From Ministeria vibrans ATCC 50519 (Eukaryota > Protista > Filasterea): a DNA stretch of 64,000 nucleotides. Below, one piece after another: positions 61,132 to 64,000 of the stretch (its first letter is position 1; each line of letters starts with the position of its first letter). The translations under genes were made by a program, and so were the position numbers. The stretch spans positions 5,585-69,584 of the forward strand of contig CALSCP010001127.1 of NCBI GenBank assembly GCA_943704425.1, in the 5' to 3' direction. A model generated the notes under the pieces. It was not told where the DNA came from. It saw nothing but the letters and a program-made list of their open reading frames with translations, and searched no databases.

Positions 61132-62244
61132 TTTGGTGAAACACCCCCCGTAAAGTGTACAACTTGATACAATAATTGAGAAGAACTGCAAGAACCAAGA
61201 ATAATTAGAGGGAGATGCGATTGAAAGATACACATTTTCTTCAACAATAATAACCTTGCAAGAAATACGCTAGCAAACTGTCTTGGATTGCTTTTGATCC
61301 TGCGTCCGAACGATAATCATAGCCCTTTCTCAAGATTCAAGACAAAGAAAAGGTGAGCGATTACATTAACGCACATTTAAAATCCCTTTCAAGTTTCATC
61401 TGATTTCAGTTGATACAAAAATATTAGGTTATGTGAGTGAGGCTGGTTGGCGGCTGGCTTATGCCCGCCAAAGTGCTCACGCAGTTGCCGTGTGTGCAAT
61501 GTTCCTGCGCTGACTCGCTCGGCTCAGGCTCGTGACCTTCCCACATGTGAAGCTCAATCACGGCGTCGGTGTGATCGCAGAGGCTTTGCGAGGCTGTGAG
61601 AAGGCTGTGAGCTGTGAGCAGTTTTGCTTCCGCTTTGCTTCGGTGTGCGTCATGCACCAAGCCGCATGTACGCGCACTTGAGCATATATGCGGCGCAGCG
61701 TACCCTACACACTCGACACCGTCGGCTTTGCCAGAAGCACTGGTTCCGACGTCGAGGGTAGTGAGGAGGTTGGCAGGGAGTTGGCAGACTCGTCATAACA
61801 GATCTGTGCCAAATAACCTCAAAGTTGTGAAGGAGAACGATTGCGAGCTGAATAAGCTGATATGTGGTCTGTGTAGAGTGTGGAACCTTCCGATCTGCAG
61901 ACTATAAAGTAGACAGACGTGTATGAGTGAGGGTTATTATCGAAGCTTTCCCTTTTTTTTCACACGGACAACTCTATTTTGGCGAGCTCGCCGTCACATG
62001 CCTGGGGGCAATACTGCGCTGAGTTAAAACTTAAAAGCTCAAATTTTATTAGTTTTTTCTCCAGTTTCATACTGGTCAACCGGCAGATCGGGACTCAGGA
62101 GGGTACTACTACTTATATCTCGCTGTTCACAAGCTTGTTTGATTCGCAACCCTTTTTGTTTGTCTTTTTGTACTTCGTGGTTTTTCTAAGAACAACCATT
62201 AATACGCACCGCAGTCATTTTAGGGTGTGAGATCGCAGATAGTT

Positions 62245-63771
62245 ATGTCCACTGTTCCGGAAAGTGAAACGCCTGTTGTCCCAAAGCCGGCTGAAAAAGT
62301 GAAAGCACCTGGCGTCACTGTCCTCAGCGGTTTTCTGGGCTCAGGCAAAACCACGCTGCTCAAGCGACTACTCGAACACGCTGCGACGAGCGGCACGCGC
62401 CTTGGAGTCATCGTCAACGACATGGCCTCGCTCAACGTTGATGCCGACATTGTGCGCAAGGCGACGCGGGGACAGGGTGTCAAACAGGCCGAGTACAAGC
62501 TAGTGCAACTGGAGAACGGCTGCATCTGCTGCACGCTACGTGAGGACTTGCTCATCGAGATCAAGCGTCTCGTCGCCGAACAACAGCTGGACTACATTGT
62601 GATTGAAAGCACAGGTGTCAGCGAGCCGTTGCCCGTCGCCGAGACATTCACGTTTGCTCCCCTTGACGATGAGGCGGAACACTCGCACGACATCACGGCG
62701 GACCATGCGATCGAGGTGCTCGGCGATGTTGCTCGCCTCGACTGCATGGTGACCATGGTCGATGTTGTGTCGTTTGCGGCGAACCTGTTCTCGGTCGAGA
62801 CGTTGGCCGAGCGATACGGCCGCGACGAGGTGGAGGAGGAGGACAATCGCACGCTGGCGTCGCTGCTTATCGACCAGCTTGAGTTTGCAAACGTCATTGT
62901 GCTCAACAAGGTGTCATCGTTCCCCAGCAGTGGATTTGACGGCGGCAACGTCAAAGGGAAGCCATTGACGATGGATATGGTGCGAGGCATCGTGCAGCGC
63001 ATCAATCCGGACGCACGCCTGCTCGAAACGGACTACTCAGCGATCGACGCGGCCGAGGTGCTAAACACGGGCCTGTTCGACTTTGAGCAGGCGATGCTTT
63101 CGCCCGGCTGGCTCAAGGAGGCGCGTGGTGAGCACATGCCGGAGACGGAGGAGTACGGAATATCGTCTTTCGTGTGGCGCAGCCGTCGTCCACTTCACCC
63201 GCAACGCACAAACAACCTGCTTGGACCGGGCAGTGCAGCGCTCCGACAGACGGGTCTGGTGCGTGCAAAAGGGGTGACCTGGTTTGCGAACGCCCACGAC
63301 GTGTCCTTTTACGTGCAAGGAAGTGGGGAGATGTGGAACGTTGAGCCGTCGGATCCGTGGGAAGCCACACTACCGCCGGAGGAGCGGTTTTACATTGACC
63401 AGCCGGCGGAGGTGAAACAGCGCTTCATGGACGAGGACTGGCTTGAGCCGTACGGTGACAGGCGTCAAGAGCTGGTCATGATCGGGCAGTTTAGCGATGG
63501 AGATCGCGACACAGTGCGGCGTATGTTTGGCGAGGCATTGGTGACCGACGAAGAGTTTGAAGCGGGTCCTGGGGCGTGGGCCAACTTTGAGGACGCACTC
63601 AACTTTAAAGATATGTTTGCAGGCGACGACGACGACATCGACGACGACGACGACGACAGTAAAGACGACAAAGAGGCGGAAGCAGAAGGAAAGCATGCAA
63701 ATGACACGACTGCCAACGACATGAAAAGTGAACAGCCGTCACTAAAACGCATTCGAAAGGAAACAGTGTAG
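62245..63771 (+). CDS. COG0523/CobW-family G3E GTPase metallochaperone (YciC/ZigA-like); intronless
   Basis: LSGFLGSGKTT, IVND, NGCICCTLREDL, IESTG, NK, EEYGISSFV, DRRQELVMIG. Confidence 0.93.
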   Translation: MSTVPESETPVVPKPAEKVKAPGVTVLSGFLGSGKTTLLKRLLEHAATSGTRLGVIVNDMASLNVDADIVRKATRGQGVKQAEYKLVQLENGCICCTLREDLLIEIKRLVAEQQLDYIVIESTGVSEPLPVAETFTFAPLDDEAEHSHDITADHAIEVLGDVARLDCMVTMVDVVSFAANLFSVETLAERYGRDEVEEEDNRTLASLLIDQLEFANVIVLNKVSSFPSSGFDGGNVKGKPLTMDMVRGIVQRINPDARLLETDYSAIDAAEVLNTGLFDFEQAMLSPGWLKEARGEHMPETEEYGISSFVWRSRRPLHPQRTNNLLGPGSAALRQTGLVRAKGVTWFANAHDVSFYVQGSGEMWNVEPSDPWEATLPPEERFYIDQPAEVKQRFMDEDWLEPYGDRRQELVMIGQFSDGDRDTVRRMFGEALVTDEEFEAGPGAWANFEDALNFKDMFAGDDDDIDDDDDDSKDDKEAEAEGKHANDTTANDMKSEQPSLKRIRKETV

Positions 63772-63822
63772 TGTGTGTGAACTAAAAATGCATGAGATAA
63801 AAATTAATACTAAAATAATAAT

Positions 63823-64000
63823 TAGAAGAAGAAGAATACAACCCATTTATTAATGATACAGTCACCACGCGAAGACACAGCCAGACCGCCTTGCAAACTC
63901 GACCGAAACTCTAGAGGTAACATGGGAGAACAGTGGCAGGTCATAGTGCTGTGTCGACGCTATCCAGTGAGGCAATCGCAATGGTACGCCATACCCCCAG
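63823..64000 (-). mobile_element. 3' end of a probable non-LTR retroelement running off the window edge
   Basis: On the minus strand an open frame (...VEFARRSGCVFAW*) is followed by AATAAATGGGTTGTA(TTC)4. The terminal 45 nt are shared with 44258-44302. Confidence 0.55.

Noticed and set aside
1-64000. Alternative genetic code or U12-type introns
   Set aside because: TAA, TAG and TGA all end conserved genes, apparent internal stops are explained by GT-AG introns, and I saw no RTATCCTT donors.

Overview
Gene-dense eukaryotic DNA with GC-rich exons, mostly 50-250 nt GT-AG introns, short AT-rich spacers, many microsatellites and four assembly gaps. All three stop codons end genes, so the code looks standard. 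CCDC61, TTLL9 and ASPM together with an HPt phosphorelay protein suggest a flagellated unicellular eukaryote, probably an opisthokont or close relative (inference only). I spliced about 30 gene models by hand and assigned families from remembered motifs; no database search was run. Recognisable genes: TP53BP1-like, a truncated ASCC3, STX5, CCDC61, PGPEP1, CRAMP1/TKI1-like, TTLL9, a CRAL-TRIO protein, ASPM, a vWA protein, eIF4E2, an HPt, a GT-B glycosyltransferase, THOC3, a nucleotidyltransferase-glucuronokinase fusion, a Fam20/four-jointed-like kinase, an alpha/beta hydrolase, a GHKL ATPase, ICMT, an inositol polyphosphate kinase, GTF2F2 and a COG0523 GTPase. The most notable observations are: (1) an in-frame fusion of a LETM1-family protein to an EMAP-II/Arc1p-type tRNA-binding domain; (2) a MORC-like GHKL ATPase with an apparent mitochondrial presequence; (3) three paralogous signal-peptide proteins with a 12-Cys pattern, identical intron positions and KDEL-like C-termini; (4) a dispersed 45-bp element end with a (TTC)n tail, one copy flanked by a 14-bp direct repeat; (5) several abruptly truncated genes; (6) TTLL9, whose seven introns are all multiples of 3.
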